A stretch of 64,000 bases of DNA from Camelus dromedarius (taxonomy: Eukaryota), in contig NC_087437.1 in assembly GCF_036321535.1 (NCBI RefSeq), positions 112,408,001 through 112,472,000 of the forward strand. The letters are read 5' to 3'. The notes under the pieces are model-generated. The model made no database searches and was not told the origin of the DNA. It saw only the letters and a list, made by a program, of their open reading frames with translations. Positions 53,802 to 64,000 of the stretch are shown here, piece by piece. The position numbers and the translations under genes were made by a program. How positions within the stretch are numbered: position 1 is the stretch's first letter; every line of letters starts with the position of its first letter.

Positions 53802-53974
53802 GGGCAGAGGGGTGGGTATAGCTCAAGTGGTAGAGTACTTTAGCATACACAAAGTCCTGGGTTCAATCCCCAGTACTTCCTCTAAAAAATAAATAAATAA
53901 GTAAACCTAATTACCTCCCCACTAAAAAATAAATACATACATAAATAAAAATGCAATACATTAAAAAAAAAAAA
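53802..53974 (+). mobile_element. vic-1-like SINE
   Basis: TSD aaagacacca at 53792-53801 and 53975-53984. Confidence 0.88.
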
Positions 53975-54348
53975 AAAGACACCATAGCAAAGGCCTGGGA
54001 ACACTAACAAAGTTTTGTGGGGTCTTGGCAGAAATTGATAAGTAATAATCAACTTTTGCTGCAGCTGTAAAAGCATCTAAAATGAAATTCTTAAAATATT
54101 GGCAGTCATTTTTATGCTTAACACAATTTAAAATAGTTCTCTTATTTCTTGTGCTTCTGATGACATGTCTTGCCTATAGAAAAGTAGCAAGCAACCTAGC
54201 AAACTCAGAACCCCTCGACATCATCCTTTACTGTTTTCTTTTTTTAATAAAAGCTTTCACATGTCATAAAATTCATTCACTTAAAAGGCACAATTTCATG
54301 ATTCTGAGTATGTTCACAGAGTTGTACAACCATTATCACAATCAATTT

Positions 54349-54508
54349 TATTTATTTTATTTTATTTTTAGGGGGGTAATTAGGTTTGTTTGTTTGTTTA
54401 TTTATTTGTTTATTTACTTATTTTTAATGGAGGTACCAGGGACTGAACCCAGGACCTTGTGCATGCTAATCAGGCCCTCTACCACTGAGCTATACCCTCC
54501 CCACATAC
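54349..54508 (-). mobile_element. vic-1-like SINE inserted into an older antisense L1 3' fragment (~54240-54700)
   Basis: TSD cacaatcaattt at 54337-54348 and 54509-54520. Confidence 0.88.
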
Positions 54509-55939
54509 CACAATCAATTTAAGAACATTTTTCTCACCCTCAAAAGAAAACCCATAACCATTAGCAGTCACTCTCCATTTCCTCCCAAACTCTCCAGCCC
54601 TAGGCAACCACTGATTTACTTTCTGTCTCTATAGATTGGCCTATTCTAGACTTTTCATATAAATGGAATCACACAATATGTGGTCTTTTGTGACTGCCTT
54701 CTGTATTTTCATTTAAAGCCTGCAGCTAGCTGAAAGCGTGACAGAGAACAGTTTCAGTCAACTCAGGAAATTGACTGAAACTGGCAAGATTAGCTTCGAA
54801 ATCAATACTGCCCCCAGAGAAGAACTATGGAACATTTTTTCTTCAACAAGTCTTAAACAATAATAAGAACTTCTGTTCTTCTTGTTGTATTAGTACAACA
54901 GAGGACATAATTTAATACTTAGGATGGAGTGCTCTTCATGTGTCAGCAACCATGCTGGATTCTTTACATGTGATAGCTTATTGAATCTTCACAATAATTG
55001 ATCTGAGAAACCTAGATGTCAGTGAGGTTTGGTACTTTGCCGAAGATCACACATCTACAAAGTGGCAGATCTGATGCCCCATGCCCTACAATCCAGTATA
55101 TAGTCCCTGTTTGTCCCAAAGCCATGAGGTTCCCATAATCTCATCTGTTTTGGTCACATTTCTTAGTTGTAAACTGCAGTCCCCACTCCAAATGGATTAA
55201 GCAGGAAAGGGATTCATTCTAGGACACTTGGAACTTTGCAGTGCATGGAGAAAGTGGTTCAAGGTTGTTTCCAGAAACATGCCTAAAACCACACTGAAGA
55301 ACTGGCCTGGTGAGAAAAACGCCAAAATGGCTGTGGCCACCACCACACGCTACAAGCCAGGAACTTGACTGCCACCGACACTGATGCCACTTCTGTGCCA
55401 GGAGCTCCACCTGGCAGCTACTGCCTCCTTGCACCAGCCAAGTGGAACTTTCAAAAAGAGCCAATGAATTTTCTCCCGTGCCTCATTCTGAACCCATGTC
55501 TCCCAAGGACAAGCCTTGTTGGCAGAGCCTAGATCACGCATCTATTTCTGAGCATATTTAAGAAAATTAGGATTTTCTCTTCTGCCAGGACCAACTTCAA
55601 AGGTCTGACTTCCTGTGCTAGGAACCACATCTTCCCCAGATGAACGACACATGCCATCATCAATATGGGTGGACAATTTGGAAGATGATGGGCAGCCAAA
55701 AGTAGAACTGTCCACTATATCATTTAAGCAAAGCTCACTGAGACTCTTGGGGCTCAATGGGCAAATTACGGTGAAAACTGCGACTGAATGGAAAAGTTGA
55801 GAGGACGATGCCACAGAATCAGGGTCCCTCACAGAAGGCATAGAGGTCCAACTATAAATGCCAAAGCCAAGTTGCCGCTGGATCATATGCTCCTCACTAG
55901 AAGTTCCTCACAGTGTACCAGGAAAGACCCCCCCAACAA

Positions 55940-55941
<2 letters not shown>

Positions 55942-55972
<31 letters not shown>
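55942..55972. repeat. (CA)n microsatellite
   Basis: Direct inspection. Confidence 0.95.
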
Positions 55973-55973
<1 letters not shown>

Positions 55974-57510
55974 CTGTGAGTAGGTCTCCTCTTGTAACCA
56001 CATTAAGCTCCCTGGGGTGTATTCGGATGTATGTGTCCTGTTGAGACCTTCAGGTAGGGTCTATCAATTAGTGGGGCTGGGAGACAGTGGCATATATCAA
56101 TCATCTGGGGAAGATGTGGGTCCTTGAACAGGAAGCCAGACCTTTGAAATCAGTCTTGGCAAGAAAGAAAATCCCTAGCCCTTACTTTCCTAGGCTAGAT
56201 TTGGGGCAGTGGAGGCATGCTTAGGGTGTTTGAAGGCTCTGCCAGAGGCGGGAGAAGGGTGGGCTCCTTCACTCCACTGCAGGCTGGGTACTGGATTCAG
56301 AGGCAAACTAGAGAGGGTCACAGCTGGATTATCCCATCCTAGGGGCTGTCCTCCCTTCCCTTCTGCCGTCCCTGAGCCTTGAAGAAAGCTGTATTTGGAT
56401 GTTCCAGTCTGGCCTCAGCCAGGCAAGAGGTACCATGACAATATTTGTGAGTCTGCCCTTAGGCCAGAGAAGGAGAGGAAGCGCAGTGTCCCCCTCCTGG
56501 AGCTGGGGCAGTGAGGGCAGCAGGAACACCAAGCAAAGCATCTGAGGGTTACATTTGGGGTTGAGGGGTCCTTTTACTGATTTCTGAGGGTCCAGATGCT
56601 GTGAATGGTGGATCCCCTTGTAGGACTTCAGTAAATGCATGCTGAATGAGCAGTACTTTGTTGAGAAGGAAAGGCAGTAATTCTAGGAACAGGCAGATCA
56701 GCACGAGTCATGCCTGAGAGGTATCAGAAATGTCCCAGAAGGTGGCTGAAGCCCAGGGATGGTGACCCAGGCAGTTGGTAGCAGTGAAGTATAATCCTAG
56801 CCATAGAGACAAGGTTAAGGGGACTCCCATCTCTGGGAGGAGTACCCCCGAGAGCAGGGCTATATCCTAGGTATACAGTGAAGCAAATGAATAGTAATGC
56901 AGTTGTTCTTTTAAGGAACTTAAAACTATTGCACTGACCAACACCAAGCCTTGAGCACACAGAACAAGGGTGACCCACACTTCACATGGTTTGGAGCTCC
57001 TAGACGTGATCTGAGGCTCTATCCTCAGGGTGTTGGGCCAGGGTTCTGGTCCTACAGTTTGAAGAAAAGAGCCATGAAAGGCTGGGAACCAGGCAGTGTT
57101 TGATTGTACCTATGAATGAGTTCAGATATCTCAATAAATTACTACTATACCTGAAAAGCTGACGAAGTTAGAAGGTAAAAAACCAACAGAAAAAGTCAAT
57201 GCGGCATCAAAACAGAGGTGTCAGATTCCAATCCCATAAACTCCAATGAACTGGCCCAAATCCCTTTTTTTCTAGCTTGGGAGTTAAGTTAAATAAATGA
57301 CTCTGTTTTACATAAGCGAACTTGCCTTTTTAACTATAACCCATGTCTCAGTCAGTTTTGACATCATCAATCAAGAAGATAAAAAAACGAAAAAAATTAA
57401 AATCAAAAAGATAAAAAGAATTTGTGTTGGTGGCCAATCAAAAATATGCTTTTTAAAAATTATTATTAGTTGTTTATACAATGGACCATTGAATAATCAC
57501 TAAAATTAAT

Positions 57511-57529
57511 TTTATTAATTAAATTTATT
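57511..57529 (-). terminator. Candidate DNAJC28 poly(A) signals (two AATAAA on -)
   Basis: TTTATT at 57511-57516 and 57524-57529, with a T-rich tract downstream on minus. Other candidates exist (e.g. ~58250). Confidence 0.4.
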
Positions 57530-59264
57530 AAGATAGACAACATTTACAAACATAAAGTATGCTGTGCTGAAATTAAGGAGTTACTAGACTTTTCTGGTAA
57601 CTTTACTTTCTCATTATGTAATATTGAAAATGGTTTCTTTTATATATGTTGCTGTAGTGTAATTAGGCATCATGTATCTAATTCCAATGTTTAACAAGAT
57701 TCACAGAATGATAGCCTTCTAAAATGTTTTGGAACTACAGCTCTTGTTATAAAAGCTATTATTTTACACTGCTCACAATTTTATTTAGAGTAATATATTC
57801 ATTGCAGAAGCTAATAACTCATTCAATACAATAATCAAAAAATCACATATTAAACCAATTAATGTCCCATCATCTAGGTAGAAATGCCTGAAAAGTTTCT
57901 TTTGATGATGAAGTTTTATTTAACTATCATACACTGTACAAAATAACTTGTTCTTCCAAAATCAAAGTGGCCATGCTTCTGAGCCACATCCAAAACACAG
58001 CTCTCTGAATTAAATTAAGGAAACAGACCTGCTCATTTTGACAACTCTCCATATCCTTCTAGGTGCCCAATTCTGTGAATAAGGCAATTACACAGACCGA
58101 AAAGAGTCAGGTTTTCTGAAAGTGAATGGGACACAATCTCTCATCCACTTCTGTAAATGGATGTCAATCTCTTGTCATTTGCCAAAGGTGCAAGAGAGCA
58201 CAAAATTCCAACATCTTAAAAAAAAACAAACCCAACATCTTGTCTTTGTTTATTAAAGGGTTCCTAAGAAAATAAGTTGAGATTTCCATGTTGCTGAAAA
58301 AGCCTCTGGGGAGTCTGATACAGGAGAAAGAGAGGCTTCATGTAGGTTTATGTAAACCTAACATTTCAACCTCTGATTAGGATGAAGGCAAAAGTGAAAT
58401 CTTGTTTCCACTGAGCCCAAGGATTTTTTTTCACCGTCAAAGAGTCAGAAAATACACTCAAATTCTTTAAAAGTGGACACTGGAGTCTATTTCTAGAATG
58501 GCTAAATCAGCTGGCTTGGCTGATGGATTTAAGCAGCCAATGGATCAAGAAGTTAGGGAGTTAAAAATACAGCCCAGATATTTGATGTTTTTCTTATTCA
58601 GTCAGTACCCACAGAGAAGCCCTTTATCAAAAAAAAAAAAAAAGAAGAAGAAGAAGAATGCAGTATCTCCATTAGGCTAATTTTCTGATCTTAATATTTC
58701 TAACCATATAGAGAATGTCCCAAAAGATTTAAAAGTTTTGAGCTTTAATAACCTCAGGTGTACAAATTCAACAAACTTGGAAACAAACATACATCATTTG
58801 GAGGTTTACTTGCCTACATTCCATGCTTTGGGACTTCTTATAATACATTTGTTGTTGTTGTTGAAGTACCTTGTTTGAAGATGGCAAACAGAAACTATTT
58901 TTAAGTTATTAGAGCTAAAAACTGCACTAAGACTTTGGAATACCCTTTACGATCTCCAGCCTGCGTCCCTGACCCAACTCCTTTCACCTGATGACTGATA
59001 TTTAAATTCTGAAATGGGTTAAATTGTTTCTTTAAAAGTAATTCTCTTGTCTTGCCTTATTCTCAGAGCAAAGCTGGTTGAACATTTTTCTAACTCAGTT
59101 TCTTACAGCTTTCTCATTCATCAATTGGAGATCTGATTAGTTTTGTGAAAAGTACAGAGACACACAGTTCTCAAACTCTTGTGTTACAGAAATAAATCTC
59201 AGCCTCTATGTAATGTCAATACTATGGAAAATGATTTGGGGCAGTACTTTGAACACTGACATGG

Positions 59265-60428
59265 TCATATTTTAATAAGTTTCCACACATTTATCCAGTT
59301 AAAAAAACCTGTCTTAACTCCAGGTGTTTTCTCCCCTTCTCCCTGATCAACGTTATTCAGGTTTTTATCTGTGACTTCTTTTGTTTTCATAAGGGTCTCA
59401 TATATTTCCTGGGCTCTGGCAATTTCTTTATGAGCATCGAAATGAACTTTTTGCCTGGTCAGGAGAGGAACAATTAAATTAAAATCATTAATTCGCTTGT
59501 TTAGTTTTCTGATGTTTTCTTGAAACTGCTCACAAACTTGGTTCCACTGTTTCTGTTCAGTTGGTGTCATTGGATTCCCAAGTTTTTTCCTCGACACTAA
59601 AATTGCCTCTCTGAGTTGATCAATAGTATCCTTTATTTCCTTTTGCATTAGGATCCACTCTGGTTGATATCCATTATCTATCAATATTCTATTCAGGTTG
59701 TGAGTCATGGGATCAATATATGAACAGCCAGAAAATTTTTTTAGAGGTTTTCCTTTCCCACTGAGATTGTCAAAGTCTCCTTTTGCCATTGATTCCTGAA
59801 TGAGATCCTCCACTAAACGCTCTATTGCTTGAGTTATCTTTTGTTCTCTACTGTGTCTTACATCTTTAACAGTTATACTGTCAGTGAAATACTGGCTTTG
59901 TAGCTTCTGCTTTTGGTATTCCATCACTTGCTCAGTTGCACGGTCTGCTCTAAATTGCCTATACTGCTTCTCTCGTTGACTTGGAGTCCCAAAACCAATA
60001 CCTTCAAAACTTAAATAATGCCGGTGTTGGGGTGTTTTATATTTAAATTTTTCTTCTTCTTCTTCTGCTTCTTCAACTTTACTCTGTCTGGCATTTGTTT
60101 GTTCTATCACGTGGGAAAGCACCTTCCTATAAGCTTCTTCAATCCTTATAAATGTTGCAGAATCAGCAGTACTAGAGCCACCGTCTGGATGGTATCGCTT
60201 GGCAAGCTTACGAAAAGATTCCCTGACATCATCTGCAGAGCATCCTTCATCCAGATTCAGCAGCCTATAATACTCTCTCATCTTCTTTTTGGATTTATGA
60301 GTTGACATCATTCTAATTCTAATGACACCAAGATATGAACGCATTTTCATTTGATTAGGAATCAGTGAAGCATTTATCAGATGAGATCTTAAGATCTGAG
60401 CCATCATCACATACATTGTGTTCATCAT
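59265..60428 (-). CDS. DNAJC28: DnaJ homolog subfamily C member 28 (J-domain with HPD motif; single coding exon)
   Basis: 387-aa ORF; J-domain [30 protein letters not shown]; conserved block [28 protein letters not shown]; acceptor tttatag|ATC at 60455/60454; synteny with TMEM50B. Confidence 0.97.
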   Translation of the reverse strand: MMNTMYVMMAQILRSHLINASLIPNQMKMRSYLGVIRIRMMSTHKSKKKMREYYRLLNLDEGCSADDVRESFRKLAKRYHPDGGSSTADSATFIRIEEAYRKVLSHVIEQTNARQSKVEEAEEEEEKFKYKTPQHRHYLSFEGIGFGTPSQREKQYRQFRADRATEQVMEYQKQKLQSQYFTDSITVKDVRHSREQKITQAIERLVEDLIQESMAKGDFDNLSGKGKPLKKFSGCSYIDPMTHNLNRILIDNGYQPEWILMQKEIKDTIDQLREAILVSRKKLGNPMTPTEQKQWNQVCEQFQENIRKLNKRINDFNLIVPLLTRQKVHFDAHKEIARAQEIYETLMKTKEVTDKNLNNVDQGEGEKTPGVKTGFFNWINVWKLIKI

Positions 60429-60541
60429 TATACCGAGTTCTTCCTAGCAATGATCTATAAAATGAAACAAATATAGGGTGAAGAATGTCGTACTATCAGC
60501 GAAACTCATATTTTCAGCAATAAGGACAAAATTATACATAC

Positions 60542-61138
60542 AGTAAGGGGCAGATTCTTTCTAATATTGCTGAGAGAGAGGATTAGATAGTCTTACTGAC
60601 CGTGATTGGCTTCCAACAAGGGGAAGAAAGTGCCAGACTGATGAAAGGCAGGACATTGCTCTTATCCCACAGCTGGCTCCTTAATTCCAAGGACACAGTC
60701 TGGCAACAGGAGGATTTATGTCCCACAGCTGCTGCATTAATTCCAAGGACATAACCCAGTATCTCTTTCTTTGTTCTTTTTTTCCCACCAAAGCTTCTGT
60801 TTTAGAGCTGAGCTCCACAGGAGGAAACAGACAGTAATAGAAGACTGGCATCACTGGAATGAAGATAAGAATGGCAAAGCCTTCCAATAAAAGACCCTGT
60901 AGCCCACTCAGGGACTGGAGCTGCCTGGACCAGCTATCTGGCGGATGGCTCCCCACTTGAGTGTTTTCTTTTCTTCTCTCTCTCTCTCTCAGCAATAAAA
61001 GCAGGTCTTTCTTCACTCTATCTCTCTGCATCTACTGAGAATTCTTTCTCAGTTGGCGGGCAAGGACCCACACATTTGAGGGAATTGGCCACCCGCTTGG
61101 TGGGCTTTCCAATTTGGGGGTCCCTCTATCCACTAACA
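60542..61138 (+). mobile_element. Probable solo ERV LTR in DNAJC28 intron 1 (antisense to the gene)
   Basis: U3-like internal repeats, AATAAA at ~60886 and ~60994, U5-like end ...ccctctatccactaaca. 5' TG and TSD not clear. Confidence 0.55.
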
Positions 61139-61889
61139 CTGCTAAAACTCGGCAATAGCTATGTTTCACCTGTTAGCATAGAAAGGGAAGTTAATGATGT
61201 TTTGCATTCACATACTGTGATATAATCTGGGTTCTACGCCTTACTAATTAACCACAGAATTTTAGAGGTGGCGAGTTCTCAGAGATCATCTAATCCAGTC
61301 TTCTCATTTTATGAGAAAATGTAGGTCCGGAAGGTTAAGCAGCATAACTAAGTCACATAGCAAGGTGTAAGCAAAATGGGTAAGGTTAGGTAGGGCACAA
61401 TAAGCCTCTCCCTTAATTGTATGTAGCCCCAGCCAGATTATAAACTTCATCAGCACCACTGTTTCTTTAGTTAGTGTATCACTGTCCTTATCGTCCCAGG
61501 GATTCTTCTCATGTCATGAGAAGACTTACGTGAGACAATCAGAGAACATGACAAAGCATGTACCTAGTCTGACACTAAATCGAATAGAATCAAGTGTCCA
61601 AAAGACTGTAAGCTCTACAGCTTGTTACGAAGGAGCTGTCTGCTGCATGCCGTAAAGCCAAGATGAGAGGTGATCCCTCCCAATATGGTAGCTGTTATTT
61701 TAAAAACGCACAGCATAGTAGAGGAGAAAGTCTTGTACATCGATAATGGCAATTAAATGCTTAAAGTGGTTTAACTGAAAATAGGATTTTGATTTATAAA
61801 CGCTAAAACTGAGCTCCTGGGGACTCCACAGTTTTCTGGACAATTGGGGTCAACAGCTTTCAGAGTTGATTGGGATTGTGGTGACTGTG

Positions 61890-62550
61890 CTAACTGCGGC
61901 AGTTGAGGGGAGCGGTCAGTCCCAACTCCAGGAACGCCCTGTCCCGCCCCCTACTCACCTTCTCGTACATTGGGAAGGGGCTCAGCGGCTCCCGCCCCCA
62001 TGCTGAGCCTCTGCGCATGCGTGCGCTGTCTGCCCTTCACTCCCGTGGTGATTCCGCCCAAGCCGGTAACGAGTGTCTCCGCTGGACTAGACCATCCGCC
62101 GTTTGGCACTGAGTGATCTCTCGGGGGGTGCGGAGGGCACTATTATACCTAATCGGGACATATGTCCTACCTTACCTAGGAACCCCAGGATCTCGCTTAA
62201 AACGAACTCTTCCCAAGAAGACACAAGCAGGACATTTCGGGAGGCTACGCCCCGCCCCGGGCAATCTGCTCCGCCTCCGCCTCCTCCCCCACCTCGAGCC
62301 CGAGATGGTTCGGTCGATTGGGATTCTGGGCGATGTAGTTCGCCGGGAAGGGCTGCGCGCGCAGGGCCCCGCGGCGCGCGTGCGCCTTCCGGGAGGGAGG
62401 CGGGACCAGCCGAGTGGAAGAAAATGTTGTCATGGCCGGAGCAGTGACGGGTAGAGCTTATTGTAGACCTTGGGGAGTGTAGGTTGGGACCTTTGAAGCC
62501 CTAAGGCTTCCGAGGGCGATGCCGAGGGGAGGGGAAGGCGAGTCCGTTTC
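61890..62550. promoter_or_regulatory. CpG-island promoter of DNAJC28 with NRF1-like site
   Basis: CpG-rich; TGCGCATGCG at 62012-62021 (NRF1 consensus TGCGCATGCGCA); GC boxes; ATTGG near 62317. Confidence 0.85.
61959..62010 (-). other. DNAJC28: DNAJC28 exon 1 (5' UTR; 5' end uncertain)
   Basis: Consensus donor AAG|gtgagt at 61959/61958 within a CpG island. Confidence 0.65.
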
Positions 62551-63819
62551 CCCAAACGTTACTTGAACAACCTCTTAGGGGCTGCAGCCATGGACACCAG
62601 CTCAGAAACATGAAAGTTCCACTTAATCCAGAAAGATCTAGGTAACCCAGGCTAGAAGCCTACTCTTTCATTAGTTCAAGTACTTAGTGAGCAGCTCGCT
62701 TAGTCAGGCGTTGGTGAGGAGTGAGGACGGTCGAGGACAAAATCAAATTATGTGTTTACTGACTTTAAGTTAAGCCACTGTCTTGGGAATTTGCTATTTC
62801 CCCCTCCTGTACGGGGGGATAATTAAAAACAAGAAAGAAGGTGGCAGAAACTTGAGTCAGACCTGAGTTGAAAATCCTGTTTCTTACGCTTGCTTTTTTC
62901 TGTTATATTATATAAATGAGGGTACCAGCAAATGGTAAGTGTGTATTTAGCACTTTTTGCCAGAAACTGTGCTAAATAAATGCTCTCTATATAGTCTCTT
63001 AATGCTTACAGCAGCCCTGTGAGAAAGTGCTATTGTTTTCTCCATTTTACTTATGATGAAATAATAATGGCATTAAAATCACTGAGTTTTTGTGAGACTT
63101 ATACAATGTATGTAAACCACTTTGCACCGTGCCTCGCAATAATTTTTTTATTATGACTATGTCTCCTAAAAGGAGCCAGAAATAGGTACTAGCCTAGAAA
63201 GACCTCTGAGTTATAGACAATAATCTGTTACCTTCTGCGTAGGTGCACAGAAAATGGTTTAAAATCTGATTCAGTGGGATTTCCTTAAAAGCAAACAATG
63301 AGCAAAAAAGAACTGTATGAAAGATGTGTTTCTATAAGTTTTAACTCTTGCCAACATTTTAAACATAGCTATAAAAGGGGAAAAATACAGTTTAAAAAAC
63401 TACTTATATAGCACTTTGTATTTTCCAAAGCACTCATCACAAATGGCATTTTGATGTTTGCATCTTATAAGTAACTATACTTTAGCCCCAATAGTTAAAT
63501 GATTTGGTTAAGTGACTAGACTTTGTAAGTTACTGAAACTGCAAGTAACATTTCTCTTTTTAGAATGTCAGTTTTATAGTGTGATTCTGTACACGTAGAA
63601 GGTGAATTGGAATCAGCTGAGTTATCAATAAAGCACACTTTCAGCTGCAAAGTGTAAACTAGCTAATGAACTTGGATTTTTCTCATATATACGGAGTGTG
63701 GAGGTACGCAGTTCCTGGTATTGGTTCAACTACCAAGAGTTGCCACATTTGCTTTACCAGTTTTCTCTCTCTCATTCTTCTGACATCATTCAAATGATTT
63801 TCTTCTGAATCTTTGCATG

Positions 63820-64000
63820 TAGTGCGGTGCGACAGCAGCTGGAGGGCAGAGGAGGTGGCGTGGCCCGTCTTGTCCTTGCCAAGAGGCGGCAGCAAGCGCC
63901 GGTGTCCGGGAAGGTCTTCATTCAGCGAGACTACAGCAGTGGCACCCGCTGCCAGTTCCAGACCAAGCTGCCTGCGGAGCCGGAGAACCGGGTACGCAGC
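63820..64000 (+). pseudogene. GOLGA7: GOLGA7-derived pseudogene fragment (5' UTR plus first 37 codons; runs off the window)
   Basis: 63881-63991 translates [37 protein letters not shown] versus recalled GOLGA7 [40 protein letters not shown] is AAG. GC-rich patch set abruptly in AT-rich DNA. Confidence 0.88.

Noticed and set aside
60018..60305. 95-aa ORF antisense to DNAJC28
   Set aside because: Shadow frame; the poly-Phe run mirrors the Glu/Lys codons on the coding strand.
61903..62454. ORFs across the DNAJC28 CpG island
   Set aside because: Same GC artefact; mostly non-ATG starts.

Overview
Mammalian genomic DNA, probably camelid: it carries ten copies of a tRNA-derived SINE resembling the camelid vic-1 family plus young LINE-1 3' ends. 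Gene order matches the IFNGR2-TMEM50B-DNAJC28(-GART) block of human chr21. The window holds the last coding exon and 3' UTR of IFNGR2 (+), the complete TMEM50B gene (-; non-coding exon 1 in a CpG island at ~46 kb, six coding exons I spliced to 477 nt / 158 aa), and the complete DNAJC28 gene (-; single 387-aa coding exon, exon 1 in a CpG island at ~62 kb). At the right edge is a decayed GOLGA7-like copy with its ATG changed to AAG, which continues into a GT donor-like sequence instead of the next exon. The rest is introns and intergenic DNA rich in L1, L2, MIR, MaLR/ERV LTRs, DNA transposons and microsatellites; most short ORFs in the track are spurious. I found no convincing wholly new biological system. 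The best leads are the apparently unspliced GOLGA7 copy, a spliced uORF ending in a UAAUG stop-start overlap on DNAJC28, paired uORFs on TMEM50B, an extended IFNGR2 tail, and a hairpin-associated ~98-bp duplication. Gene and repeat family names are recognised from memory, not from a database search, and repeat boundaries are approximate.
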